Positions 27,258-37,913 of a DNA stretch of 64,000 bases are shown here, in pieces. Both the position numbers and the translations under genes were made by a program. How positions within the stretch are numbered: position 1 is the stretch's first letter; every line of letters begins with the position of its first letter. This DNA comes from an uncultured Fibrobacteraceae bacterium (lineage in GTDB: Bacteria > Krumholzibacteriota > Krumholzibacteriia > LZORAL124-64-63). The DNA is taken from contig CAZJGK010000001.1 in the NCBI GenBank assembly GCA_964545545.1, positions 35,375 to 99,374 on the forward strand. Direction: 5' to 3'. The notes under the pieces were generated by a model. That model did no database searches. It saw only the letters and a program-made list of their open reading frames with translations, and was not told where the DNA came from.

Positions 27258-28424
27258 TCAGGGCTGCAACAGGCGACGCACTTCCTCTTCCGGCTGGCCG
27301 ATATTCATACCGAGGGCCAGCCGAACACTCCAGGCGTCTCCCCACAGGGGCGTGCCTTCGCTGTTGCGCGGTCGCGTCCACTCCCGGCGTCCGGTCAGGG
27401 CCAGGAACCACAGATCGTGGGCGCCCAGGTCATAATGCAGGCCGCCACCCAGGTCCAGGTGTAGGGCATCCAGTACCAAATCCTCGTCTTTGAGCGGTTT
27501 GACCGCGTCCATACCCACTCCGCCGAACCCCTCCAGGCTGAGCGAGCCCCACACCGGCACGGCGCGCCCCAGCTCCATGGAAACGAGGGCGGCGTCGAAG
27601 CGGTCGGAAACGCCCAGGATATTTTCATTGCGCGCCACGTAACCGAGATTGGTCCGGCCCAGGCGCACTTCGGTCACCAGCCGGGCAAACCAGGGCCCCT
27701 TGCGGACCCCGAACTGCAGGCCCACCAGGGCATGATCCCCGGCGAAGGCATACTTGCCGAACGGTGACCACATGCCACCCTGTACAGCGATGAACTTGGG
27801 CAACACGGCGTGCAGGACCTGCAGCTTACGGTCCCGGTAATCCTCCAAATGGGTGCCCGCCAGATCGCCCGAGGCCAGCAAGCGCCAAGCCTGTGTGCTG
27901 CGGCCGGAATACATGAGGCAAAAGAATTCCTCGGGAGAGCCCATCGGGACGTGCGGCAAGAGCTGGTCGGCGAAAGCCTGTGAGAAGGTTTCGAACGCCT
28001 CGCGAACCGCGTCATAGGAAGGCGCCGTCCCCGCCGCCACCGCGGCGGCCAGGTCCGCGGACAAAATCGGCGCCTGGCCCTGCCGCCAGGACCCGGTGCA
28101 GAAATCCACCAGCTGGTTGATGATGCCCGGGCCGTAGAGTTCCTCGGTGAACCGGCCGTCCCAGATCGCGCCCATGATACGGACACGCACCAGCGGTTCA
28201 ACGGCCCCGCTTTCACTCCCCCAGGCGTTGAGCCAATCCAGCAGGGAATCGGGTTGGCCGGCGTAAACCAGGTCCGGGATGGCCTGCATGGCCAGGTAGG
28301 TGGCGTCCACCGCGGAGCGTCCGGTCAGCAGATCGTTCGGGGAGGCCGCTGCCGTGGCCGGGAATAAATGACCTACCGCAAGGCACCACAGCAAAACAAC
28401 CGTACCGAGGACCCGTTGGCTCAT
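27258..28424 (-). CDS. Secreted hypothetical protein translationally coupled to msrB
   Basis: Its ATG overlaps the msrB TGA (ATGA). Signal peptide [28 protein letters not shown]. No recognisable catalytic motif. I reject the track ORF's N-terminal 176 aa, which runs out of frame across msrB. Confidence 0.6.
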   Translation of the reverse strand: MSQRVLGTVVLLWCLAVGHLFPATAAASPNDLLTGRSAVDATYLAMQAIPDLVYAGQPDSLLDWLNAWGSESGAVEPLVRVRIMGAIWDGRFTEELYGPGIINQLVDFCTGSWRQGQAPILSADLAAAVAAGTAPSYDAVREAFETFSQAFADQLLPHVPMGSPEEFFCLMYSGRSTQAWRLLASGDLAGTHLEDYRDRKLQVLHAVLPKFIAVQGGMWSPFGKYAFAGDHALVGLQFGVRKGPWFARLVTEVRLGRTNLGYVARNENILGVSDRFDAALVSMELGRAVPVWGSLSLEGFGGVGMDAVKPLKDEDLVLDALHLDLGGGLHYDLGAHDLWFLALTGRREWTRPRNSEGTPLWGDAWSVRLALGMNIGQPEEEVRRLLQP

Positions 28425-28930
28425 TTTTCTCCGTGGTCCTGAGGGGTTTCCGCGGCCGGACGGAAATCCAGCGCGGCCGAATTGACGCAGTAACGCAGGC
28501 CCGTGGGTTTCGGACCATCGCGAAAGACATGGCCCAGATGGCCGCCGCACTTGGCGCACAGGATCTCGGTGCGGGGCACGCCCAGACTGAGGTCCTGTTT
28601 CTCGCGGATGGCCGCGTCGTTGATGGGCTGGAAATAACTGGGCCAGCCGCTGCCCGAATCGAACTTGGCCGACGAGGAAAACAAGGCCGCCCCGCAACCC
28701 GCGCAATAATAGGTGCCCTTGTCGTGATTGTTGTAATACTTGCCGGTGAACGGCGCCTCGGTGGCGCTGCAGCGCAGAACCCGGTACTGGTCCGGATTCA
28801 ATTCCTTTTGCCACTGCTTGTCCGACTTTTCCACGGCGGATTTTCCCTGTTTCGGTTCGGGACCGGCCATGGCGACGGCCGCAGCCGCCAGCATACCGGT
28901 CAACAGAACCAAGGCTACGATCTTGCTCAT
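28421..28930 (-). CDS. msrB: Peptide-methionine (R)-S-oxide reductase MsrB, secreted
   Basis: SelR domain: [28 protein letters not shown]...[19 protein letters not shown]...RYCVNSAAL. Signal peptide [32 protein letters not shown]. Confidence 0.85.
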   Translation of the reverse strand: MSKIVALVLLTGMLAAAAVAMAGPEPKQGKSAVEKSDKQWQKELNPDQYRVLRCSATEAPFTGKYYNNHDKGTYYCAGCGAALFSSSAKFDSGSGWPSYFQPINDAAIREKQDLSLGVPRTEILCAKCGGHLGHVFRDGPKPTGLRYCVNSAALDFRPAAETPQDHGEK

Positions 28931-29029
28931 GGTCATCTCCTTCGGGATTCAAGATAAAATCATCCAGGCCTTCGTGCCTTATTCAGGATAATAATTATCT
29001 GCTACACCCGCAGGGGACCGCAGTTCCCG

Positions 29030-29560
29030 CTAGCTCGGGTCAAGATGCGGGAATTTCTTGTCCAGCGTCTTGTTCCAGCCCGCCACACGGTCTTTTTGCC
29101 CTTCCAACAGGGATTCCCAGTCCCCGTCGAGGGTCACGCTGACGATGGCATCGCCGCCGGCGATGGCGTCGACCACATCCTGGTCATCCTGTCCGACCAC
29201 CTTGCCGAACACCGTGTGCTTGCCGTCGAGCCAGGGGGTTTCCACATGGGTGATGAAGAACTGGCTGCCGTTGGTCCCGGGCCCGGCGTTGGCCATGGAC
29301 AGCACACCCGGCCCGTCGTGGCGCAGATCCTCACAGCATTCGTCCTCGAACTTGTAGCCGGGGCCGCCGGTGCCCCGGCCGTCCGGGCAGCCGCCCTGGA
29401 TCATGAAGTCGGGGATCACCCGATGAAAAACCAGTCCGTTGTAGAATCCGCGGCGGGCCAGATTCACGAAGTTGGCCACCGTCACCGGGGCCTGCTCGGG
29501 AAAAAGCACCAGGTTGATGGTGCCCTTGTCGGTCTCAAAGATGGCGCGAACCGAAGCCAT
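29030..29560 (-). CDS. ppiB: Cyclophilin-type peptidyl-prolyl cis-trans isomerase
   Basis: [16 protein letters not shown]...[19 protein letters not shown]...GKHTVFGKV. Start at [13 protein letters not shown] with AAGGAG 8 nt upstream. Confidence 0.85.
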   Translation of the reverse strand: MASVRAIFETDKGTINLVLFPEQAPVTVANFVNLARRGFYNGLVFHRVIPDFMIQGGCPDGRGTGGPGYKFEDECCEDLRHDGPGVLSMANAGPGTNGSQFFITHVETPWLDGKHTVFGKVVGQDDQDVVDAIAGGDAIVSVTLDGDWESLLEGQKDRVAGWNKTLDKKFPHLDPS

Positions 29561-29803
29561 GCAAGTCTCCTTGGCTGATCGGGATGTTGAAGGTTCATGC
29601 CAATGTAGCAAAACCCTCGCCTGCGTCCAGGAGTAGATGATCACCGCCGGCAGGGGGCGGCCCTGGCTGGAGGGACGGGCCTCGCGACCGTTGAGATTCG
29701 GCCGATATCCAAGTGGCGTGCGGACCGTTGTGGCGGTGTATCCGTCGTGGTACAATGCGGGCCGGTTGACAGAAGTCGTGGATGATTTCGAGCGGATAAC
29801 CCT

Positions 29804-30952
29804 ATGACCAGCCTCACCCCCAACCGCACTTTCCTGGTCGTCCTGCTGGTCGCCGTCAGCACGGTCTTCCTGGTGATGATCAAGCCCTTTTTGATGGCGC
29901 TGCTGCTGGCCGGTATTTTTTCCTCCCTGTGCCAGCCGCTCTATCGGCGGCTGGTGAAATCATGCCGCGGCCACCGTTCGGCCGCTTCCCTGCTGACCCT
30001 CGTCCTGATCGTGCTGGTGGTCATCATCCCCCTGGGCGGATTCCTGGGCGTGGTGACCTCCCAGGCCCTGAAGGTCACCGACTCGGTGAGCAAGCTGATC
30101 CCCCAGGACATCCAGAACGTGGACCAGCTGGAGTCATGGTTCAGGGGCCTGCCCTTCTACGACAAACTGCAGACCTTCACCGCGAGCCTGCCCTTCCACG
30201 ACCAGTTGACCCTCGACCGCCAAGACGTCCTGGCCAAGACCACCCAGGCCGTCCAGTGGCTCAGCGGGTTCGTCATCAGCAACCTCTCGGCCGCGACCAC
30301 CGGCACCCTGCAGTTCCTGTTCATGCTCGGGTTGATGCTCTACAGCATGTACTTCTTCCTCATGGACGGGGGCAAGCTCGTCGACCTGATCCTCTACTAC
30401 CTGCCCCTCGCAGACGAGGAAGAGCGACGCCTGCTGGACAAATTCCGCTCGGTGACGCGCGCCACCATGAAGGGCACCGCCGTGATCGGCCTTCTCCAGG
30501 GCGTCCTCGCCGGCCTGGCCCTGGCGGTCGCGGGCATTCCCAGCGCGGTGTTCTGGGGCGCGGTGATGGTGGTGCTGTCGATCATCCCCGGCATCGGCAC
30601 CGGGCTGGTGTGGCTGCCGGCGGCGGTCATCCTCATGGCCGGTGGCCATTGGTTCGCGGGCATCGCCCTGGTGATCTTCTGCGCCGTGATCGTGGGCAGC
30701 ATCGACAATGTCCTGCGGCCCCGTCTGGTGGGCCAGGACACCAAAATGCCCGACCTGCTGATCCTGCTGGCCACCATGGGCGGCCTCCTGATGTTCGGGA
30801 TCCTGGGCTTCATCATCGGACCCATCGTGGCGGCCCTGTTCGTGGCGGTGTGGGAAATGTACGGGGTGGCCTTCAAGGATTTGTTGCCGGCCGGACGGGG
30901 TTATCCCCCGGCCCCTCCCGCTGACGAGCCCCAGGACGAGAGCCCCGCTTGA
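29804..30952 (+). CDS. AI-2E family transporter (PerM/TqsA-like, UPF0118)
   Basis: Eight predicted TM helices. The characteristic GxxxG-rich C-terminal half ([30 protein letters not shown]). Confidence 0.8.
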   Translation: MTSLTPNRTFLVVLLVAVSTVFLVMIKPFLMALLLAGIFSSLCQPLYRRLVKSCRGHRSAASLLTLVLIVLVVIIPLGGFLGVVTSQALKVTDSVSKLIPQDIQNVDQLESWFRGLPFYDKLQTFTASLPFHDQLTLDRQDVLAKTTQAVQWLSGFVISNLSAATTGTLQFLFMLGLMLYSMYFFLMDGGKLVDLILYYLPLADEEERRLLDKFRSVTRATMKGTAVIGLLQGVLAGLALAVAGIPSAVFWGAVMVVLSIIPGIGTGLVWLPAAVILMAGGHWFAGIALVIFCAVIVGSIDNVLRPRLVGQDTKMPDLLILLATMGGLLMFGILGFIIGPIVAALFVAVWEMYGVAFKDLLPAGRGYPPAPPADEPQDESPA

Positions 30953-30968
30953 GCCGCACGGGAGCCGT

Positions 30969-31706
30969 CTATCCCCGGCGCAGAAACACGGTGAGCACTC
31001 CGGTCAGGTTGTACATGACGTGCAGCACGAGGCTGATCCGGAAATTCCTTTTCGCCCGGACGACGAAGGCAACCGGCAGGAAGGCCAGGAATATGGCCGG
31101 CAGGTTCCACGGGCAGAAGAAGTGATAGAGGCCGAAGAAAAAGGCGTTGATCACCGGAGCCTTCCCGCCGAGGCGGCTCATCCGCGGCAACAGGAAGCCC
31201 CTGAAGTAGGCCTCCTCGACCAGAGGGGCCAGGAATCCCGAAAACAGGACCGCCATGGCGAAGAAGGCTGGCCTCCACCCGTGGGGAATCTCCGTCATGC
31301 CGCCGACCATTGCCTGGGTGCCCAGACGGTCCGGGAACCAGCCGAAGAAACGGGTCTCCAGGAAACCGGTCAGCGGGATGACCAGGGTGGAAAGCAGTCC
31401 CCAGAAGGCATAGAGGAGGATGGCCGTCAGGGCGTAGTCATGCCAGGAGCTGCGGTCACGATAGGTGATGGCGCCGAGGATGGTGCCCGCTTCTCCGGTT
31501 CGGCGGGACCAGAAAAGAACGATGCCGGCCAGCAGGGGAGCCAGGCAGATCGGTATCGCCATCAGCTCCGCCGGATATGCGCCGATGCCGTGCCGGGCCA
31601 ACTCGCCGGAGAATAAGTAAAGGAACCCCGAGAAAACCACGCCGGGAGCCAGGTGCAGCGCGACGATGGCCGGTGCGGAAAGTTCCGGTGGCTGGTGCGA
31701 ACCCAT
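30969..31706 (-). CDS. CPBP-family intramembrane metalloprotease (CAAX protease-like)
   Basis: EExxxR motif (LVEEAYFRGFLL). FxxxH motif (FFGLYHFF) and a second H (LVLHVMYN). Internal ATG at 31706 with GGAG upstream. Confidence 0.75.
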   Translation of the reverse strand: MGSHQPPELSAPAIVALHLAPGVVFSGFLYLFSGELARHGIGAYPAELMAIPICLAPLLAGIVLFWSRRTGEAGTILGAITYRDRSSWHDYALTAILLYAFWGLLSTLVIPLTGFLETRFFGWFPDRLGTQAMVGGMTEIPHGWRPAFFAMAVLFSGFLAPLVEEAYFRGFLLPRMSRLGGKAPVINAFFFGLYHFFCPWNLPAIFLAFLPVAFVVRAKRNFRISLVLHVMYNLTGVLTVFLRRG

Positions 31707-31994
31707 CGATTGCTCCCATTCCAGAAGGCGGGGAAACAACCGTACAACAGGTCGCCCACCCCCACAAGAGCCCATCCAGCCCAGGTAGAGACCCTGGCCG
31801 GCTCCCCCGAATTCCGTGGGGATGGGCCCGGTGAGGTACCCCACGGCTTTCAACTCCTTGAAATCCTCCGAAATAAACTTGTTCTCTCGGTCATGGGCCC
31901 CCGCGCGCTCGACGCAACAGAATGCCTCGGGCTGCGTATTCAGCCCTCAACACACGATCGAAAGCCAATGCTGGTCTTCCTCCAACAGGCGGGT

Positions 31995-33257
31995 ATGGAA
32001 ATGACAACAGCGCGAACTTTCCTGACGATGGGGACCTTGACCCTGGCCATGCTTGCCCTCCCTGTTGTGAGCGCCGATGCCGGCCAAGTCGTCCAGGTCC
32101 ACGACCAAACCGTCGTGCGCAACCTTAAACCCGCCTTGCCGGCGGTGGACCTGAAGCTGGAAGAACTCTGGCGCCGCGGAGGCGAAGGCGACGACGTGAT
32201 GATCGGCCTGCCGGTCGAGGCGCTGGCCGACGAAGCGGGGCGCGTCTATCTGGCCGACCAGCAACTCTGCCGGGTTTTCGTCTTCGGTCCCGATGGCGAG
32301 TTGACCAAGCCCCTCAGCCGCGAAGGAGACGGCCCCGGCGAGGTTCGCAACCCCGTGGACCTCGTGCACTTGCCTGACGGCACCTTCGGCATTGCCGAGT
32401 TCTTTCCCGGCAAAATCATCAAAGTGACCGCCGACGATCTTCCGGCCGGGGAGATCACGGTCGATGTGAGCGGCGGACAGACCGGCGGCTTCACCATGCA
32501 GACCATGGTCGAAGCCTGGGGCAATCATTTGCTGGTGGCGGGATCGCGCTCCCTGCCCCAGGACAAGTTTACCGAACGCACCCATTTCCTGGCCGCCATC
32601 GACCAGCAGGGCCGGCAGACCGTGCGCTACATGGAGCAGGTATCCCGCATCCAGCGGCCCCACACCGTGGTGCACGAAACCGATTTCCTGCCCGCCTTCC
32701 CCCTGGCCAGCGCCTTGGGGCCGGATGGCCGGGTTTTCACACCCCACGACCGCGAACACTACGCGGTGAACGTCTTCAATGCCGACGGTACCCTGGACCG
32801 GATCATCGAACGACCGGATTTCCAGCCCTGGAAACGCAACAAGCGCGACCTGCGCCGCATCAGGGCTCTGTTCCAATCCTGGGCCGGCGCCAACCCCGAA
32901 ACATGGCCCCGGTTCGACCTCAAAGACACCGAACGCGCCATCAACACCCTTCACATCGACGGCCGGGGCCGATTGTGGGTGCAGCACAGCCGCAGCAATC
33001 GTGACCAGAAGGACGGCGTCTTCCTCAGCCTCGATCTCTACGACGACCAGGGCAACTGGCAGCGCGAAGTGCGCCTGATCTGCGAAGGCAATCCGGTCAG
33101 TGACGGGGTGCGCTTTCTGCGGGACGGGCGGATTCTGCTGATCAGGGGGTTTGTCACGGCGCGGCTGGCCTGCCTCGGGTCCGGCACGGCCACCCTTGGC
33201 GAGGATGATACCGATTCCATCGAGATCATCTGTTACAAGTTGCCCGATTTCAGTTAA
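31995..33257 (+). CDS. Secreted beta-propeller-like hypothetical protein
   Basis: Signal peptide MEMTTARTFLTMGTLTLAMLALPVVSADA. Repeated VYLAD.../GPDG... segments suggest NHL/SGL-like blades. No catalytic motif recognised. Confidence 0.55.
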   Translation: MEMTTARTFLTMGTLTLAMLALPVVSADAGQVVQVHDQTVVRNLKPALPAVDLKLEELWRRGGEGDDVMIGLPVEALADEAGRVYLADQQLCRVFVFGPDGELTKPLSREGDGPGEVRNPVDLVHLPDGTFGIAEFFPGKIIKVTADDLPAGEITVDVSGGQTGGFTMQTMVEAWGNHLLVAGSRSLPQDKFTERTHFLAAIDQQGRQTVRYMEQVSRIQRPHTVVHETDFLPAFPLASALGPDGRVFTPHDREHYAVNVFNADGTLDRIIERPDFQPWKRNKRDLRRIRALFQSWAGANPETWPRFDLKDTERAINTLHIDGRGRLWVQHSRSNRDQKDGVFLSLDLYDDQGNWQREVRLICEGNPVSDGVRFLRDGRILLIRGFVTARLACLGSGTATLGEDDTDSIEIICYKLPDFS

Positions 33258-34651
33258 TCGTGGGGCAGACTGCCCCGGGCCGAGCGGAAGTACGCGAACG
33301 GTGTCTCGAACAGGAAGTTCGATACGCGCGAAGTGTAGATGTCCGCGTGGCGCTCCACGAAATCGGCCAGATAGCTCTTGTCGTTCCCCGCGCGCATCAG
33401 GGATCCCCAGTGGACATTGCCGGTCTGGGCCGAGGCGCGGGCCAGCGGAGCGAGGACCTCGTCCAGCGCCTGCAGCTCGGCGCGCAGTTTTTCCAGGCGA
33501 GGCTTCAGGGATCCTGCCCCCTGCCCCCGTTGCAGGCGCAACCGCATCTGCGCGTAGCGCCGTTCCAGGATTCCTTTGCGACTCATGAGGGTCTCCAGCT
33601 CGGCGGCCTGGTCCCGGAAGGCGTAGGCTGCCTTCAGGTCGTTTTCCAGTTCCCGGACGACCAGCGCCGTGCGCCAGCGCATGGTGCTCTTGGTCGCGTG
33701 CACATCCCCGAAGAAATGATCACCCACATAGAGGATACGTTCGCCGGTCAGTCCCAGGGCGGCTTCCACCGTCGCGGCGTTGCCGCCGAAATAGATCGCG
33801 CCCGCCTCCAGTTCCCCGCTGACGGGTTTCAACAGCCCCTCGTCGTCCACGACTTCCAGGATCGGGCTGCGGCTGGTGAAGAAGTCGGGCTTGCGGGCCG
33901 AGACGATGATCAGGTCGAACAGGTCCCGCCAGGTCATGCCCTCGGGCAGATGAGGGTCGAAAGCGTAAGTCATCAACTGGCGGCTGTAGGCCCAGTCCGA
34001 ATTGGTGATCAGCATCAGCTTCTTGCCGGCCTGCTTCTGGTCCAGCAGGGCTTCGGCGGTCTGTGGATCGCGGTCCACATAGCGATCCAGGTCGGCCAGG
34101 ATCTCCGCCTTGAGCAAGCCCTCGGAATGGGCGCGGTCGATACTGGCGCGGACACGCTTGTAGAGATCGCCGTAGTCCCCCAACATGGGCAATTGCCCGG
34201 CATCCCACAATTCCACCAGCTGGGCGAAGAGGCAGGCTTCGCTCAGCGAGAACAGCGTGCTCAGAAAAATGAACCGCGCTTCGTGATGGTCCACCACGAT
34301 GCGGGAGTAGAGTTTTCTCTGCGCCTCGAAATCCATGGGTGCCGTGCCGTGGAAGGCGCTCTTGACGAAGCCGAAGCGGTTGACCTTCAGGAGATTCCCC
34401 GTTTCCAGATCGACGATCAACCCCTGGATCATCATCTCGGGATCAAAGCTCAGACCCTCGACCGGCCAGCCTTCCCGCAGCAACTGCTCCCGGGCGTGAC
34501 GGAAGGCCACGGCCTCCCACTCGACCACCTTGTACTGGATCAGCGTGTAATCCATGTCGTAGCCGATGGCTCCCAGCGAGCGCATGTTCAGCGTGCGATT
34601 GCAGAAGATTCCACGCTGGGGCGCGCCTTTGGGAAAAAGAAAGTCCGACAT
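33254..34651 (-). CDS. HAD-superfamily 5'-nucleotidase, cytosolic cN-II-like (HAD-IG)
   Basis: DMDYTL (DxDxT) motif near the N-terminus. Length about 465 aa. Conserved KLMLITNS and GDHFFGDV (motifs III/IV). Confidence 0.7.
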   Translation of the reverse strand: MSDFLFPKGAPQRGIFCNRTLNMRSLGAIGYDMDYTLIQYKVVEWEAVAFRHAREQLLREGWPVEGLSFDPEMMIQGLIVDLETGNLLKVNRFGFVKSAFHGTAPMDFEAQRKLYSRIVVDHHEARFIFLSTLFSLSEACLFAQLVELWDAGQLPMLGDYGDLYKRVRASIDRAHSEGLLKAEILADLDRYVDRDPQTAEALLDQKQAGKKLMLITNSDWAYSRQLMTYAFDPHLPEGMTWRDLFDLIIVSARKPDFFTSRSPILEVVDDEGLLKPVSGELEAGAIYFGGNAATVEAALGLTGERILYVGDHFFGDVHATKSTMRWRTALVVRELENDLKAAYAFRDQAAELETLMSRKGILERRYAQMRLRLQRGQGAGSLKPRLEKLRAELQALDEVLAPLARASAQTGNVHWGSLMRAGNDKSYLADFVERHADIYTSRVSNFLFETPFAYFRSARGSLPHD

Positions 34652-34714
34652 GGTATGCGTTTCTCCACGGGTTTGGGTACGCACCCAATATTACATGGAA
34701 AAGGGGATGCCCGC

Positions 34715-36400
34715 CTAGATGGAAACCGGGATTTGCAGACTTTCGATGGCCTGGATGGCCTGCTTGAGGATGATCGGCTTGCCCAGATGCAGGTCCATGC
34801 CCGCCTCCAGGCACCGCCGGGTACTGTCGCTGTCAGCGTCGGCGGTCAGGGCGATGATCGGAATCTGCGCCAGGTGGTCAGTGCGGTCGCGCAGCAATCG
34901 CGTGGCCTCCAGCCCATCCATGACCGGCATGCGGACATCCATGAAGACCAGATCGAAAGCGCCGTGTTCCAGTTTCGTGATGGCCTCTTGGCCATTGACC
35001 GCAAACTCCGGCGTGATGCCGACCTTGTGCAGCAATTTGCCCATGACCACCTGGTTAACCGCATTGTCCTCGGCTACCAGCACCTTCAGGTCGAAACGCG
35101 GCAAAGTCCCGGGCTGAGCGGCCTCTATCTCTGCCACGACCGCCGTCGGCATGGCGAAGGTCACGGAAAAAGTCGAGCCGACGCCAACGGTGGATTGGAC
35201 CACAATGTCCCCGCCCATTTTCCGGGCCAGGTGGTGACTGATAGCCAGGCCCAGCCCCGTGCCGCCGAAGTTGCGCGTCGTGGACTCGTTCACCTGCTCG
35301 AATTGTTCAAAAATGGCCGCCAGGCGATCTTCCGGGATCCCGATACCCGTATCTTCTATGCGCAGAGTGATCATGGCCTGTTCACCGGGTTCTTCGGAAA
35401 CCTCAACGTTCAGGGAAACGCCCCCGGCCTCGGTGAACTTCACCGCGTTGGAGACAAGGTTCAGCGCGATCTGCCGCACCCTGACCGGGTCACCCAGAAA
35501 TCCGCGGGGTGCATCGGCGGGATACCGGAAATCAAGCGAGAGTCCCCGGGCCACCGCCGACGGCCGCAGGATCTGCTCCACGTCCTCCAGTACGGTATGC
35601 AGATCGAAGGGAATCGCTTCAATGGCCATCTTGCCCGAGGTAATCTTCGAGAAATCGAGGATGTCATTGACGATGTCGAGCAAGGAGGATGCCGATCGCC
35701 GCAGGATCTCGAGGTCGCGGCGCCCCTCGGAGTCGATATTTGAATCCTCAATGACCTGGGCCATACCCAGCACGCCATTCAGGGGAGTGCGGATCTCATG
35801 ACTCATGTTGGCCAGGAACACACCCTTGGCCTTCTCCGCGGCCTGGGAGTTCACGAGCTCCGCCTGCAGCTTGCTGTTCAACGCTCCGAGCCGGTTCAGG
35901 ACCGTGAGGAAGAACGAAGGCAGCATCAGGATTCCCCACCAGAGCCCCATCCCCATGAGCAGATTCTCCTGCCAATAGTGGTTGAACCTGAGAACCAAGC
36001 CGAATTCCACGAAGCCCATCGTGGCCGACGCCAGCAGCGTTCTTTTCCCGAACCGAATACCATAACCGACGATCACCCAGAGAAATACCGGATAGAAGAA
36101 CGACCCGAATCGGGCCGCGAAATAGAAAGCCAGGGTTGTGGTCGTGATGTCCATGAACATGGTCACATAGATGCGGGACGGCCGGCCACCCGGCTTCCTG
36201 GTCAGGTACTGATGCCAGAATACGGAAAAAATAAAATGAACCAGAATGATGGAAAGTCCATAAGTCAGGGATCGACTTAGATGCCCGTCACGAATAAGAT
36301 TGAAGGAACCCAATAAAACGAATGTGGTGGAGGATATGCTCAGCCGGCTGATGGACTGGTTTCGCTCCTCACGTCTGCGCAATTCCTGGGATTGGTTCAT
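34715..36400 (-). CDS. Hybrid sensor histidine kinase / response regulator (membrane sensor, HisKA, HATPase_c, REC)
   Basis: Five or six N-terminal TM helices. H-box ANMSHEIRTPLNGVLGM. G-boxes GGTGLGLAISHHLARKMGG. REC domain KVLVAEDNAVNQ...DLVFMDVRMPVMDG. GAGGA RBS. Confidence 0.85.
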   Translation of the reverse strand: MNQSQELRRREERNQSISRLSISSTTFVLLGSFNLIRDGHLSRSLTYGLSIILVHFIFSVFWHQYLTRKPGGRPSRIYVTMFMDITTTTLAFYFAARFGSFFYPVFLWVIVGYGIRFGKRTLLASATMGFVEFGLVLRFNHYWQENLLMGMGLWWGILMLPSFFLTVLNRLGALNSKLQAELVNSQAAEKAKGVFLANMSHEIRTPLNGVLGMAQVIEDSNIDSEGRRDLEILRRSASSLLDIVNDILDFSKITSGKMAIEAIPFDLHTVLEDVEQILRPSAVARGLSLDFRYPADAPRGFLGDPVRVRQIALNLVSNAVKFTEAGGVSLNVEVSEEPGEQAMITLRIEDTGIGIPEDRLAAIFEQFEQVNESTTRNFGGTGLGLAISHHLARKMGGDIVVQSTVGVGSTFSVTFAMPTAVVAEIEAAQPGTLPRFDLKVLVAEDNAVNQVVMGKLLHKVGITPEFAVNGQEAITKLEHGAFDLVFMDVRMPVMDGLEATRLLRDRTDHLAQIPIIALTADADSDSTRRCLEAGMDLHLGKPIILKQAIQAIESLQIPVSI

Positions 36401-36537
36401 ACGGTTTCCTCTTTAACCCCCTCCCTCCGATATCCATAGGTGTTTCGGCGGTTTGTTCCCGGACTTTAGGGATGTCATCCCGTTGCGCGCCGTCACGGCC
36501 CTTTCCCAAGGCTGTCTCGGCCATCCTGCACCCGGTT

Positions 36538-36550
36538 CCCCCCGGGGGGG
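36538..36550. repeat. C6G7 self-complementary tract (CCCCCCGGGGGGG) in a 313-bp divergent intergenic region. An AT-rich inverted repeat TTATTccgcttAATAA lies at 36571-36586.
   Basis: Read directly from the sequence. Confidence 0.5.
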
Positions 36551-36713
36551 TCTCAATGAGCAATCGGCGATTATTCCGCTTAATAATCCTGGATGACCAC
36601 CGGCCTGCTGACTACCTTGGCCCCGGCCACTGAAGCCCCCGCGGAACCTCCGCCGGGTGCTGCGGCCGGAGTCGCCGACAGACCGTCAAGGTCGCAAGGC
36701 GCGGAATACGATC

Positions 36714-37913
36714 ATGAACATCATCGTCTTCAACTGCGGCAGTTCCTCCCTGACTTACAGAGTTTATAGTTCCGAGAATTGTGACGACCTGCGGACTCTG
36801 CTCAAGGGCAAAGCCCACCGGGTGGGCGTCAAGGGGACCGAGCCGTCTTTTATCCAGCATGAGCATGAAGGAACCATCGACAGGCGCGAAGTCCAGATCC
36901 CGGATCACGCGACGGCGGCCAACCTGATCCTCGACAAGGTTGGCGAGTTGGGGATCGATCTGCATTGCATTGGCCATCGCTGGGGCCACGGCCTCGGCCA
37001 ATTCACCACCACATTTCTGAGCACGTCGGTGCTGGAGCAGATGAAACTGACCGTGCCCTTGCTCCCGATCCATCATCCGGCCATGTTGGATGTGATCTCG
37101 ACCTGCCGACGACGATTTCCCCACCTGCCGGATTATGTGACGACCGACAACGCCTTCCACGCCGGCCTGCCGGCCTGCGCGTACACATATGCGATCCCCA
37201 GGGACATGGCTGCCGAGTACAAGTTTCGCAAGTATGGTTTCCACGGACTTTCCTACCAGTATGTGGTGGCCGCCACCAGCGAGTACCTGGAGCTTCCCCT
37301 GGAACGACTCAAGATAATTGCCTGCCATCTCGGCACAGGCGGGTCCAGCGTGGCCGCGGTGCGGGACGGCTCGTCCATTGACACCTCGATGGGATTTTCC
37401 GGGCTGTCGGGCCTGCTCATGAGCACCCGCGCCGGTGACATCGACCCCATGCTTGCGATCTACCTGATGGTGGTCTTCGATCTGAGTTCAGGCGAGGTCA
37501 TCGACCTTTTGAACAAGAAAAGCGGCCTGTTGGGTATGTCGGGCTTTTCCAGCGACATTAGGGACATCATCAAACTCATCGCCAGCGATGAAGAAGCGCG
37601 CTTGGCCTTCGATATGTACGTGCATCGGGTTAAGAAATACATCGGGAGTTACTGTGCTGCTCTCGGTGGATTCGATGTTCTGGTCTTTACCGACGATATC
37701 GGCCAGCACAACTGGCTGGTGCGGGAAAAAGTCTGCCGGGATATGGCGTGGTGCGGCCTGGAGCTTGACGAGGATGCGAATCGGGAAACGGCCACCGAGG
37801 GAATCCGGCAGGTTAGTACGCCACAGTCCAGGGTTTGTGTGTTGGTCGTTCCGACTGATGAGGAGCGCATCATTTGCCTGGAAGGCCTCAAGCTGATGGG
37901 GGGTCAACCATGA
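36714..37913 (+). CDS. Acetate/propionate kinase-family protein (ASKHA). Near-canonical but lacks the GGIGEN motif.
   Basis: FNCGSSS, IGHRWGHG, DNAFH, KYGFHGLSY, IACHLGTGGS, IDTSMG and STRAGDIDP all match AckA motifs. VFTGGIGEN is replaced by VFTDDIGQH. Confidence 0.85.
   Translation: MNIIVFNCGSSSLTYRVYSSENCDDLRTLLKGKAHRVGVKGTEPSFIQHEHEGTIDRREVQIPDHATAANLILDKVGELGIDLHCIGHRWGHGLGQFTTTFLSTSVLEQMKLTVPLLPIHHPAMLDVISTCRRRFPHLPDYVTTDNAFHAGLPACAYTYAIPRDMAAEYKFRKYGFHGLSYQYVVAATSEYLELPLERLKIIACHLGTGGSSVAAVRDGSSIDTSMGFSGLSGLLMSTRAGDIDPMLAIYLMVVFDLSSGEVIDLLNKKSGLLGMSGFSSDIRDIIKLIASDEEARLAFDMYVHRVKKYIGSYCAALGGFDVLVFTDDIGQHNWLVREKVCRDMAWCGLELDEDANRETATEGIRQVSTPQSRVCVLVVPTDEERIICLEGLKLMGGQP

Noticed and set aside
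27258-28952. 564-aa ORF spanning msrB in another frame
   Set aside because: The SelR motifs identify msrB in frame 28421-28930. The other frame only becomes meaningful from the ATG at 28424, which overlaps the msrB stop.
33260-35743. 827-aa plus ORF antisense to the 5'-nucleotidase and histidine kinase genes
   Set aside because: Despite its length it has no recognisable domain. It is antisense to two CDSs with DxDxT and H-box/G-box/REC motifs. Its composition is typical of GC-rich antisense frames.
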